This document shows positions 1 through 13,600 of a stretch of 64,000 nucleotides of DNA, piece by piece. This DNA is from Octopus sinensis (lineage: Eukaryota): positions 3,286,001 to 3,350,000 of the forward strand of contig NC_043024.1 of NCBI RefSeq assembly GCF_006345805.1, read 5' to 3'. Each line of letters opens with the position of its first letter. The stretch's first letter is position 1. Below the pieces are notes generated by a model, which was given only the letters and a program-made list of their open reading frames with translations, had not been told where the DNA came from and searched no databases. Made by a program: the position numbers and the translations under genes.

Positions 1-878
1 AAAAAAGACAATTGAATATTTATTATATATAATTTATATACACATACATGAAGTATACATACATATACTATACCTATAGTATATACATATATGCATCATT
101 AGTATATACATATGTATACACACATGCATATACATCAAATACATGTATATGCAAGATGAGGAAAAAAAAACAACAACAAAAAAGAAAGAGGAGGAAGGGA
201 TCTCTGTTGGTTTTGACAATGTTTCTGTCTGGAATACTCAGCCACTTGGCTGAGCTGACCAGACACTTGTACCTTTAGTGTTATCCTCATCCAGAATTAG
301 TGTGGAATTGTGTGTGACAAGGTAGATCCTTTGACTTGAACAGTCCCCAACTAGCAGGCTTCCACACAGTTTCCATCTGTCCAACATTCAACTTCTGGCT
401 GTGGTAACAGACACTAGCCCAAGAAAGCCATGCAGTGGGATCAAACCTGAGACCTTGTGTTTGCAAAGTGAACTTCTTAACCACTCAGCCATGTCTAACA
501 TACACACACACACACATATCTACATACCTGTGTGTATGTAAATACATACACACACTATGTACAATATATATAACCCATACTAACAAAGAAAAACAGATGT
601 TAAAGAAACAAGATGACATACATTATATATATATACATACATATACACACACATATACATATATAAAGATAAACAGATAGGGAGAGAGATACACACATTC
701 TTACACATATCAACATGTGTGTATATATGCAGGCACATATAGACGTAAGTATATACATATACATCCAAAAATTTGAGTATATACATCACCACCACTATTT
801 AATTGTAATGCTCCATGCCAGTATGGGTTAGACTATACACACACACCTCAATACTACTTAGGGATATCCCTTTAACAG

Positions 879-936
879 ATATTGGAAGCAGTGAACAAAA
901 TCACGGCATAACAACAACACCTCTTCACCATCCACG
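879..936 (+). CDS. Possible penultimate exon of an unidentified convergent gene (IGSSEQNHGITTTPLHHP)
   Basis: ccctttaacag acceptor, perfect gtaagt donor at 937, open frame; phase fits the candidate exon at 1792. Confidence 0.35.
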
Positions 937-1791
937 GTAAGTCTGGTTATGACATTTGAAATGTTGACTTTACTGTATTTTTGTGTGTAAGTGTATACTT
1001 ACAGTGTGCAGCTATTTTACACTGTCAGATTGGATAGTGTGCTTGACTAGAAGTACAGTACTCTGTTTATTCCTCTGTCTTTCGCAATGTAATTCTTGAT
1101 ATTAGCCATTCCTAATGTAACTTAACCTTAGTATCAGTACCTACAGACAATCAGCTTCATCGGACCAATGTTCCCCACTTTTTGTTCATAGTACTGAGGT
1201 ATGAGTGTACATTTTATATATATATATATATACACACACACCCAAACATACATAACTCCCCGTCACACAGATGTGTGTGTATATATATATATATATACAC
1301 ATACATACATACATACATACACACACACACAAACATTTACACACATAAATACATACATAGATTATTCATACATGTATATGTAAAAACAAACATATAAACA
1401 CAAATTATATATAAAGAATTTAAGTAATCCTCTCAGAGACATCATCTACATGGAAAAACAAGTTAAATTAGTGCTAAATTTAATGCAGTGAGCATCAAAA
1501 AATCTAACTAAAAGCATTTATGTGGTGAAGAAATGACAATATTAGCTCAATAGTAGCTAATATATTATAGCAATAATTTCGTTAGAGGCAAAACTCCAAA
1601 TATGTTTGTTTTATTCAACAATCCACAATCTGTGTATACCAAAGTAATTATGAGAGAAACAAAGTAATTAGTATATTTAGACATAAAATAATCAGGGATT
1701 ATCAAGAACCTCAGGGATTAATTATTTTAAATGAGGGTAATTTTCTTCACCTAAAAATTTGTACATCATCTCATTGATTCTCTCATGACAG

Positions 1792-1903
1792 CCTTGGCAA
1801 GTCTGCTGAAGTTCGCTTTGCTGAAGAGATTAAGAATGAATCCTGTTCAGAGTTATTCCCCCTACGTACTGGTATTATAATATTAGCCACTGGCTTCTTT
1901 TAA
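1792..1903 (+). CDS. Possible terminal exon of an unidentified convergent gene (LGKSAEVRFAEEIKNESCSELFPLRTGIIILATGFF*)
   Basis: ttctctcatgacag acceptor, in frame with the 879-936 exon, higher GC than flanks; no homolog recognised. Confidence 0.33.
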
Positions 1904-2003
1904 TCACCACTCAAGTAATTTCTAATTAAATTTTTGATGGTAACTACATTAGTATGTGTATCATCATTTGAAGTCCTCTTCCATGCTGGCATGATTTTAT
2001 ATA

Positions 2004-2088
<85 letters not shown>

Positions 2089-2262
2089 AATAAAATATAC
2101 AAGCACACATGTATATATTTACAAACTAACAAAATACATGCATATAGTAATATATATATATATACACACATACGCACAAACATGTAACATTTACACACAC
2201 ACACACACTCACATATCTATATATATACCCAATATACATTCACATGAGAAAAAGAATGTGAA

Positions 2263-2312
<50 letters not shown>

Positions 2313-2834
2313 ACAACAACAACAACCATAATAATAATAATAAGTCAGTTTGATGAGAGGGAAAAAGATTAAAAGAAAAATAAAGGGAAAAAAACAGGGT
2401 TTAGAATGTGTTTTTTGTTGGGGTTTTTTGTCTTGTTCCAGACATTTCCAATTTTAGGGGAGATGAGAGACTTAAGAAAACAATGTGGATTGGAGCTGCT
2501 TTTTGTAAATTTTTTGAAGTTATTTTCTGTTGTTGTCATTCTTAGGTTTTAAACAATTATTATCATTATCATTATTATTATTATCACAAGATTACTTATA
2601 AAGGACCTAGCAAAAGGACAGAATACCAGTTTTGTGTTGGTATGGGGGAACAATGCAATTGTCTATAACCCCACCCCCTCTACCTCTTTCAAAACTTGGC
2701 TCTGTAGCTTAATTAGAAATTAGAATTATTATTGAAAATGTTTTTCTTTTTATTTGTTCAGTTAAAAATTGTTGTGGGGACGGGAGAGGGGATTTGTATT
2801 TTATGGGGTTATAGTTTCATTTTTTTCTTACATT

Positions 2835-2840
2835 TTTATT
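2835..2840 (-). promoter_or_regulatory. Candidate AATAAA polyadenylation signal for USP20/33
   Basis: tttatt on + strand ~150 nt past the stop; other AATAAA hexamers lie nearby, so usage is uncertain. Confidence 0.25.
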
Positions 2841-2986
2841 TGAAGAAAGTGTTGCAAATAAATAAAAATAAGGATAATTTATGAAAAAAAAAAACCAAAA
2901 AAATTCTGAATAGAGAGGAATGGTAATTAAGTTTCAATTAAAACTAAAAAAAAAAGAGCAAAGACCATATCATGGAAATTCGTTTT

Positions 2987-3921
2987 TCATAAACGAGTAT
3001 CGATGACTGCTGCTGTTGTTGTTGCTGTTGTTGTTGTTGTTGCTGTTGTTTCTTTCTTCTTCTTTTTCTTCTTCTTCTTCTCCCCCCACTGCTGCTGCTG
3101 CTGCTCCTTCTTCTCCACCACCTCTTCCTCTTCCTTCTCCGGCCCGTCCTCTTCCTGCTCCTGCTTCTCCTTGCACACTTTCTCCGTTCCAGCCGACACA
3201 GAGTCCGACACCGGCACCAACACCACCACATCGCCTCCCTCTTCCTCCACTTCCTCCTCCTCCTCCCCCACTTCCCCTCTCTCCGCTTCCTGTTGCTGTT
3301 GTTCTTGTAGTTTCTGCTGCCTCGTCTCCCCTCCTCCCCCTGCCTCCTCGGCCTGCCTCTTCCCCAGCATTGCTGTTGTCGATGATGGTGATGATGGTGA
3401 TGATGCTGCTGCTGCAACTGCCTTCAGTGTCATTGCAGCTGTATCTGCGCAGGTTGCCTTCAGTGAATACAGAGATGATGATGATGATGATGATGCTGTT
3501 GCTGCTGTCGATGATGATGATGATGATGATACCCCTCCTCCTCCTCCACCCGGTACTGTTGTTGTTGCTATCGTTGTTGTTGTAGTTGTTATCGTTGTCG
3601 CAGGTGCTGGTGACATGGTAGTAGTTGCTGTCATCGCTGTTGCAGTGTTTGTAGTCGTCTGTGGTGATGCTGAAATCGGTGGAGCATTTCCAGGGCAACT
3701 ACCACTTACACCACCACCACCAGTGCCACTGCTACTGGTGGCAGCGATGGTGGCAAGTGTCGGATGTTGGCGGACGATCAGCTCTGGGCCTCCACCATAC
3801 ACGTTGTGTAGGAACTGCCACATCTCTCGAGACAGCTGGCCATGGTCGGAGCTGTTCTTTAACACCGGTTTACCATTCTTGCGTATCATTATTCGAGTGT
3901 TGTCAATGGCATCAGGAGGAG
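2987..3921 (-). CDS. USP20/USP33: USP20/33 terminal exon T: DUSP2 end (PPDAIDN...[13 protein letters not shown]) plus low-complexity tail and stop
   Basis: acacctgcag acceptor, phase 1, open to the stop at 2987-2989. Confidence 0.92.
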
Positions 3922-5329
3922 CTGCAGGTGTATAGAAGAGAAGACATGTATAAATACGTATACAGGTAGATACAACATACATACAGAATCCACCAAAAAC
4001 AATGTATACACACTTCAGGAAAGAAAATGTCTGGTATAAATATTTAATTTGTATAATTAGCTCTATAAATATAAATACCATAAATCTTCGAGTATAGTTC
4101 ACTCTTGAGTATAATACGCAGGGGATTTTTAGGGGGCTGTACCTCTGAAAAACCTAAACCTTGTGTATAATACACATCCTTTCTCTAACTTGAGTCAAGG
4201 AGGTCTATATAATGTCCTTGGTTTGTAAAAATATATACGGTCACGTATTTTATTATTATTGTATATATATAACATAATGCAAACGTGTAGCTTTTCTGTG
4301 CATTTTGTTTGCAGAAAATAAAGAAATAACAGTAATAATGTTTAATAAATGTTGCTTACTGCAAGTTATGGATGATTTAAGGTATTTTTGCACCCGACAT
4401 CACAAAATGCGTCTGAATAAACATTACCGGACAGCAAATAGAGACTCAAACATTGCTTGGAAAATAATTTTCATTTTTAACTTCCTGTATAATACACACT
4501 AGGGATTTTGACCATTAAATTTTGGGAAAAAGGCTTTGGTCGGTCTGAGGCTATAGTAGAAGACACTTGCCCAAGGTGCCACGCAGTGGGACTGAACCTG
4601 ATTCCATGTGGTTGGGAAGGTGGCTTCATGCCACACAGCCATACCTGCGCCTATATACAGATGTATACATACACAATGTACATTGGATGTCTTTGTACCT
4701 AATACACTCTAGCTTCACCCATTCTTTGCTGCCAGTCATCACTCCCTCTCCCTCAGGCCACTCATTGTTAACATTCATCACTCATTCTTTCCACTGTCCA
4801 CATCTGCTATTATCTGACCATCTGTACCCACCACTCCCATGCTCCAATCACTCTTGCTCCCTTCAACCACTCACTCTTGTTAACCTTTTTGTCATGGCTC
4901 TCTCTTCTAGTTGCCTTCTCGAATTGTGCTTTGAGCAACCAAACATGGCTTGGAGTAGTGTGGGCACTTTAATCTTATGGGACACTGCACCGTTTCTACT
5001 GGTGCCATTGAACAATGGACCCAGCATACTCAGTAGAGTGGTTGGTGAATGAGCAAAAACAGAAGGGTGAAGCTTCATACCACACAGCCACGCCTGTGCC
5101 TATATATATATGTATACACACACACACAATGTTGAAGGTGATCCAAGTGCATCTGTCACCTGAATGGTCAATTCTGAGACAAATTCAGTTCATCAAACTC
5201 TGAGGTATTCTTTTACTTGTTTCAGTCATTTGACGGTAGCCATGCTGGAGCACCAAGAAGGCGAAGAAAGGTGACTTCAGGACTTATTCTTTGTAAGCCT
5301 AGTACTCATTCGATCATATATTATATATA

Positions 5330-5364
<35 letters not shown>

Positions 5365-8300
5365 GGCACAAGAGTGGCTGTGTGGTAAGTAGCTTGCTAA
5401 CCAACCACATGGTTCCGGGTTCAGTCCCACTGCGTGGCATCTTGGGCAAGTGTCTTCTGCTATAACCTCAGGCCGACCAAAGCCTTGTGAATGGATTTGG
5501 TAGACAGAAACTGAAAGAAGCCTGTTGTATATATGTGTATATATGTGTGTGTGTGTATTTTTCTTTTGTCACATGGTATTATTTTTGAAAAAAACGACTG
5601 CATAAATTTTTTAAAAGTTTTGGTTTATCTCTAATTATTGAAAACGAAACTTACTCTGTCAATTATTTAGATGTCAATTGCAACCTTACTAATGGGATAC
5701 ACGAACCTTATATTAAACCTAATTCTAACTTAGTATATATAAACTACTCTAGCAATCACCCCCGCTCAAATTAAAAAGTCACTAGTATGTAGCATTAGTC
5801 AGAGAATCTCTTATCTATCCTCAAACTGGGACATATTTAATAAGCATTGTGAAAGATATAATACGGCATAGCATAAGGCAGGCTACATGGGTAAAATTAG
5901 GTATATACCCAATAATAATCTTTTGAATCAAGGTGGATCTACTAATACAAACATAAATAAATTTCGAATGGACAATAATAACTGTAGGATAAAGAACAAT
6001 AGTCTATACAAAAATATGTATGGCAATAATACTAGTTTTGGTACTCTTAGAGTTGTTGATCTTAGCTTAAATAACTTAGCACACAATATTGATATTAATA
6101 ATATGAATAATAATAATGATATTATCTATGATAATAGAAAAACTTATTTACACCATAATAATAATAATAAAACCAATTTTAACAATGATTTTAGTCATAA
6201 TCTTGGTAATATTAAACCTAGAGGGCATATGGGTTGGAAGAGGAACAAGGTTTTTGCCGACAATAAGAATTTGATAGGTAACCCACATAGTGATAATGAT
6301 GCACTATGGCTGATAATCCCATATGCAATGCAAATTAAAATGAATATAGTTAGAATAATCCATAATTTATTGTACAAGCATTTTGTGAAGGGTAAGAATA
6401 AATTTTGTCAAATAATTAACAATAAAACTATTAGAATAGGGTACAGCCTTACTCACAATTTGGCCACCATCATTTCCTCCTTTAATAATAGAAAATTAGA
6501 CCGCTTCTATAGTGATAGAAAGATAAATTTGGGTAGCAGAAATGTGCCTCTCTATAACCGGGGAGGCAATAAATCTAATAGTGCGAACATGAGCAACCCT
6601 CACGCTGGTTATAATAGTACTATCCCTGTAGTGACAAATATTAATTTGATTGATGATACTGCTATTCGCAGTAGTAATCCTAATGATTTGAATATTACTA
6701 ATAATGTCAAACATGGACTCCCGTTAAATTTAGGATTAAGTAGTGGGAATGAGGGTAACACTATTAACAATAATAGGGATGTAGTGAATTGTGGAAAGGT
6801 TATATTTCCACAATCGGATAGTAACTGCAATTGCAGAAACAGAGATAAAAGTGTGTTCAATAATGAATGCCTGAGGAAAGGAGTGGTTTATCAATGCATT
6901 GTGAATACACAACATGATAGTAGGATGTATAATGGTGCGACTAAAAATAGTATGAAACAATGACTAAACTATCATAGATACACTTTTAAAAATAAAAATA
7001 GGATGAATTCTACGGGGCTAAGTACTTATATTTGGGAACTTAAGAGCAAGAATATAGATTTTGACTTAAATTTGAAAATACTCACTTCTGCACCAGTATA
7101 TAATAATAGAAATAAAAAATGCTCTTTATGTATCAATGAAATTTTCTTCATCATCAAAGCTAGCCTACCCATTATCAATAACATTAATGAGCGAAATTTT
7201 TTTTGCCTTCACAGACTAGCGTAGACCTTCTCTAGATTTAAATAGCACCTAGTTTTCTATCAGTAATTTTTTAACATTTTTTATATAGGATTACGCTCTT
7301 AGGCATTATAATTTATAATTTTATATCTCCACATATGTGTTCTGTATTGATTGTTTTTGTCTCGGCTTGAAAATATATTGAAATATATATGTATATTCTG
7401 ATATATACATGGTATTTTGATCATCATGGAATTTTCCATTGGTGTCAGGCATATACACACATCATATCTTAGGCTGTTGGTTTGGGACTTTGATATACGT
7501 AACTAGTTTGGGTCTATATTTGGTATACGGTGTTTACTTTTGGATAAGTATGTGTATATATATTTACTTATATTGTATGTGTATGTATATGTCAGTATGT
7601 ATATGTATATATATATGTATATGTGTAGGTGTATGTGTTGGTCCACACATGCATGTGTATACTTATATGGGTATATGTGATTGTATATGTATATATATCT
7701 TACTTGTAAGTCTTCCCATGTATTTGTTTGGTAGTCTTAAATACTAAGTTCTCTATGTAAACATCTATATTTGTTCTTGTTTTTTTTTCTTATTTTTTTT
7801 TTTTGTTAGTTAGTGGCACCTATTAATTTATAATTAATTTATATCTTACATTTTATATTTAATAATAATTTATGTTAACATATAAATGTATTTGCGTAAA
7901 TATGTTCTTCTGTTGTTTGGTTATGCATGAATGTATGTATATGCAAAGCTGTGGGCAGACATGTATATCTGTAATTTCGAACGTGTATGTGGGTATGTCC
8001 ACATATGTTCATGTGTATATTTTTATATATATATATATTCATGGGTGGATATGTGTGTATATGTTTTTCATATATATAAATATATATGAGTGTGTATGTA
8101 TGTGTATACAAATGTTAACGGATACAATTTGGTGTAGTTCCCCACACCTGTATATATATGGTTTCATCATCATCATCATCGTTTAACGTCCGTTCTCCAT
8201 GCTAGCATGGGTTGGACGATTCGACCGGGGATCTGGGAAGCCAGAAGGCTGCACCAGGCTCCGGTCTTATCTGGCAATGTTTCTACAGCTGGATGCCCTT

Positions 8301-10631
8301 CCTAACGCCAACCACTCCATGAGTGTAGTGGGTGCTTTTTACGTGCCACCTGCACTGGTGCCAGGCGAGGCTGGCATCGACCACGGTCGGATTGGTGCAT
8401 TTTACGTGCCACCTGCACGGAAGCCAGTCGAGGCAGCACTGGCTTCGGCCACGATTCGGATAGTGCTTTTTACGTGCCACTGACACTGGTGCCAGGCGAG
8501 GCTAGCATCGACCACGGTTGGATTGGTGCATTTTACATGCCACCTGCATGGAAGCCAGTCGAGGCGGCACTGGCATCGGCCACGATTCGGATAGTGCTTT
8601 TTACATATCTCCAGTCCAGAGGTCCTGGCATCTGCTGGGTGCCAGTCATAGGATTGGTTCAATTTCGATTCCGATTCCACTTGCCCCAACAGGTCTTCGC
8701 AAGCAAAGGGGGGTTGGCATAGGTGCCTGTCGTCGGATGAGGTTCGATATTGACTTCACTTGCCTCAACAGGTCTTTGTGTGTCCAAGGGAGGAAAGGCA
8801 TGCATAAGTGGTTTTTGTATGTATATTGTAATTCTATCTGTATGTATATCTGCATACGTTTATATGTATATTCATGCTTTTATGGGTGATTTTGTGCTAG
8901 TGTATATATGTATATTGTGGTGTGCGGGTATGTGTGTGTATATATGTTGGTGCAGTTTTCCCATGCCTGTGCATGTTTATTAGCGGTGTGTGTGGGGGTG
9001 TACATGTGAGCGTATATATGTATATAGCTGTGTGCAGGTGTATGTGTGTGTGTATATATGTTGGCGCAGTTGTCTCATGCCTGTACATGTTTATTGGCGG
9101 AGGTTTGAGTGGGAACACATTTGAAAGTGTTATCTGGACGGTTTCGCAGCACTATGAATGTTTACAAAATATGCGGTGTAATTTTTAATTATGTATCTTA
9201 TGCAAATAACGTACATCATCTTTGTATTGGTTATGGTAAAACCTGTGTATTGCCCATCTTTTTTGTATATTACGAATTACCCTTCCAACCCTTTCGGTGT
9301 ATTAACATCTAATATTATCCTAATTTTATAATTCTTAATACTATTTTAGTTAACAGTATGTATATGTATGTATGTATCATCATCATCATCGTCGTTTAGC
9401 TGCTTTTGAGTATATGTGTTTGTTTACATATATATACATTTATGGATATATACGTGAGTAGTTATGTATGTAAGCATGTATGTGTGTATGTAAGCTTGTA
9501 TTTCCTGTATTTTGGTTTATCCATGTATATATGTGTAAGCGCACATATACGTGTGTAAGTATTTCTTAATAAACCAACCGTAAGGAAGACAATTGAAATT
9601 CAAATGTGCCAGCCAATCGTATTGAGCTTTCGATCTTAAACTATTTCTAAACTTACTACTTAATATATATCACTGTCAAAAAAAACTCTGGCTAGGAATG
9701 CGTTTATATGCATATACACTTGTGGACTTTGCTATGATGTAAATCAATATTTTTCACTTTATATGTATTTGCTGATCTATAATGTTTTGCATTGTGCTGT
9801 ATTATTATTATTATTGTTGCTGTTGCTATTATATTGCTATTCCAATATATTATGCTGTTGATGTATTCTACCTGATTTTTCCCACATAATATGTACTGTG
9901 AACCACGTGATGCACATATTGTTTTGCTGGTATTATTGTTATTAATAATAATAATAATAATATTAGTAGCAATGGTGGTCATGGTAATAGTAATGATGGT
10001 AATATTAATGGCATTTTGTAACTTAATATAATGAACTCTTGACTTTGTATATGTGCATTTGAATATAGATATGTGTATGTTTGTATATTGTAATATTCTA
10101 ATATATTGATTTGACCAACTGTAACCTTGAATATAGAACATATGTATGTATATTGTTGTATATTATTATGCATATGTATATATATATATAGGAGCATGGG
10201 TATATGCACTCATATGTATGTGTATATTATATATTATGGGTATGTACCCACTCTTGTATGGGTGTACCTCCTCTGATATTCATATTTAGATTATACTTTA
10301 TAATCTCTGAAGAGGCCTTGGGATATTTTTGTAAGTGTCTCATTTATAACCACATATAAACTTATCACACCTGGCTAATATGAGCATAATGAGATACCCA
10401 TATCTACAAGGCTGAAACAGCTGTAAGATGTAGTTTATATTTATATTTATTTATATCCACTTATACATATTGTATCATATTACTCATTGATGTGCATGGC
10501 ATTGTTTTGTTCTGTACTATTATGTTTGACCTTGATGTTCATATGTAGTGGGTTAATAAATTATGTGATTGGGTATTATCTGGTAATTGATTATTGATTA
10601 AGGTGTATTTCTCCATTTTCTTATTTTGTAT

Positions 10632-10699
<68 letters not shown>

Positions 10700-13600
10700 G
10701 TGTGTATGTATATGTTTGCATGTGTGTTTGCCCCCCCCCCCTCGCTTGATATCCGATGCCGGTGTGTTTACGTCCCCGTAACTTAGCGCTTCGGAAAGAG
10801 AGACCGATAGAGTAAGTACTAGACTTACAAAGAATAAGCCCTGGGGTCGATTTGCTCGATTAAAGGCGGTGCTCCAGCATGGCCGCAGTCAAATGACTGA
10901 AACAAATAAAAGAATAAAAGAACTTACTGTCAGTTTTGGCTCTGACAAAATTCTCCCATTCCTTAAACCATGCCATGCTGATGGCATAAATGATGCTGGG
11001 ATCTTCTTCAGCTCGGAACTTGTTATGGAGCTGGTAATTAGATAAAGAAAAAAAAACAGTTTAAGAAAACATGTAAGAAATACATACATTGTAAGTTCAA
11101 TTCACACCAACCTACTTTGTCTACGATTATCAAGAACAACTTTAGATTTGGGCATTGAGGCTTTTTACCCATCATCATAAATTGTCTCTCAGCTTCTCTC
11201 TTGTGTACAAGGTGCTATCAAAAAGCACCCGGACTAGTTCGGTAGCACACCAACAGATGGCAGCACATGGTTGCATGTGCAGTGAGAGCTAACAGTGACC
11301 GTCGTGTAGTAGTGCACTGAGTGACATCACTGTGTTTACTTCTCAAGTTACGAAATTTGTTTTTGCGATCACATGATGATGATGATGATGATATATGCTG
11401 TAGTCTGTCATTTTGTCATGGACAGGAACAAAGGCAGCTAGCTGGGCGAAATGCTTAGCGGTATTTTGTCTGCCATTACGTACTGGGTTCAAATTCTGCC
11501 GAGGTCGATTTGCCTTTCATCCTTTTGGGGTCGATAAATTAAGTACCAGTTACACACTGGGGTTGATGTAATCGACTTAATCTCTTTGTCTGTCCCCTCT
11601 ATGTTTAGCCCCTTGTGGGCAATAAAGAAATAAGGAACGAAGAGCCAACGTGAAATTTTGCATTTAACTTGGGAAATCTGCTACAGAGAATTGAGCATGC
11701 TTGGGCATTGAGCACCCTTACAACAACAAGGCAATGGGTTGTATGCAATGTTTCGAGCAGCACGGGCACTTCAGTAGTGGAAGAGTGTCCCTGGAAGACA
11801 ACAAGCAATCTGGAAGACCTGCCACCCCTGGAAATATGGTACTGTGCATCAAGAATTTGTACCCCGGGGCTAAACCATCAATTGAGATGTTTTGAAGTGT
11901 TTGGGGAAGGACATTCAGTGAAAAAATGAAATCAACCAAGAAAACATATTTTGGGTGGTTAGTTATATTTCTTATTTCTTTTTTGCCCACAAGGGGCTAA
12001 ACATAGAGGGGACAAACAAGGACACACAAACGGATTAAGTCGATTACATCGACCCCAGTGCGTAACTGGTACTTAATTTATCAGCCCCGAAAGGATGAAA
12101 GGCAAAGTCGACCTCGGCGGAATTTGAACTCAGAACGTAAAGACAGACGAAAGACTGCTAAGCATTTCGCCCGGCTTGCTAATGTTTCTTATTTCTTTAT
12201 TGCCCACAAGGGGCTAAACAGAGGGGACAAACAAGGACAGACAAAGCGATTAAGTCACATCGACCTCAGTGTGTAACTGCTACTTAATTTATCGGCCCTG
12301 GAAGGATGAAAGTCAACCTCGGCGGAATTTGAACTCAGAACGTAACGGCAGACGAAATACCACTAAGCATTTTGCCCGGTGCGCTAACGTTTCTACCAGC
12401 TCGCTGCCTTGTGGTTAGTTATGTTAGATGGAAGAAGTGATTGATGCAGGAAAATAACTATTTACCTTGACAAAGGAGGCTATTTCTTCATTTTGTCTGA
12501 TCTTTAGTTTTTCCAGCTGAGCTTCACAAGTCTTGCAATGTATGAGGTGTGTACAGGCGGGACCACCACCAAATCTGAAATGAGAATGGAAACAAACCAA
12601 TTAAGGAACTTCCACACCATCAACCTTTTCTATTAGACATAACAGCCAAATATCCTTCAAATGACACCATCCCTACTTCTTTAAAAACAGAAGTACACAC
12701 TGGATAATGTATTCTTTGATACACAATGTCTGGATAGCTATGGTTGGAAATCTTTTATGATAGTTATGGTTTATCATCATCATCAATATTATAAGGACAT
12801 ATGGAGTAATACCAACATACCTGTCATGTAAATACTGCCAAACTGGTTGGCTCAGAAGAACCACAAGATTCTCAACATAACCAATTTTGGATGGAGGTAC
12901 ACCTACCAATTAAAAGGAAAAAAATATTGCTTTACATGATTTCTTTCTTTTTTTTTTTATGCTGGCATATTCTGGACATTTATTCCCATCAGAATCTCAC
13001 CATTCAACACACTTGTTTTGTTATCAAGCTGGCAGAATTGTGAGCACGTTGGATAAAATAATTAGAGGGATTTCTTCTGGGTCTTTACGTTCTGCATTCA
13101 AATTCCACCGAGGTCAACTTTGCCTTTCATGCTTTCATTGTTGATAAAATAAGTCTCTTTTGAACACTGGGGTCAATGTAGACCTAGTGCAAAGACGAGT
13201 AGAATATGGGAACTGGTATTAAGGAAGGATACAAAAATATTAAGCTTATAATCCCTGAAATTTACTCTAAATTGCCCACAGATATATAGCATAGTGGTTA
13301 AGAGCGCAGGTTACTAACCCCAAGATTCTGAGTTCAATTCCTTGAATGAATAATAATATCAAAAAATTACCTTGGGAATGAGAACCCAGGTTTGGGTTCA
13401 AAATTCCACCAGGACACCTGATGAAGGCTGGAGAGCAAATAAGCCGAAACGTTGTGGTAAGAACAAACAAGATGAGGACACATCTGTCCAACACTAACTC
13501 TAATGTAAATGACTTACCCACTCCAACAAAATTTTGAAACCATTATTATTACATACACTGTTTACATTAGTCAGGGTGGTAGCCTCATCTTGATGGCTGC

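Noticed and set aside
2944-3935. Long ORFs in other frames and on the + strand over the terminal exon (310, 242, 189 and 157 aa)
   Set aside because: Expected shadows of stop-poor trinucleotide repeats; only one frame carries the DUSP domain
6958-6963. In-frame TGA in the Penelope-like ORF as possible selenocysteine (some Naiads encode Sec)
   Set aside because: The TGA falls at the conserved Arg of FKxR (likely CGA>TGA decay), not at a Cys; no SECIS recognised
8300-8602. Regularly spaced direct repeats superficially like a CRISPR array (also 19200-21490)
   Set aside because: Eukaryotic intron; the repeats are internal TE duplications without unique spacers, and there are no cas genes
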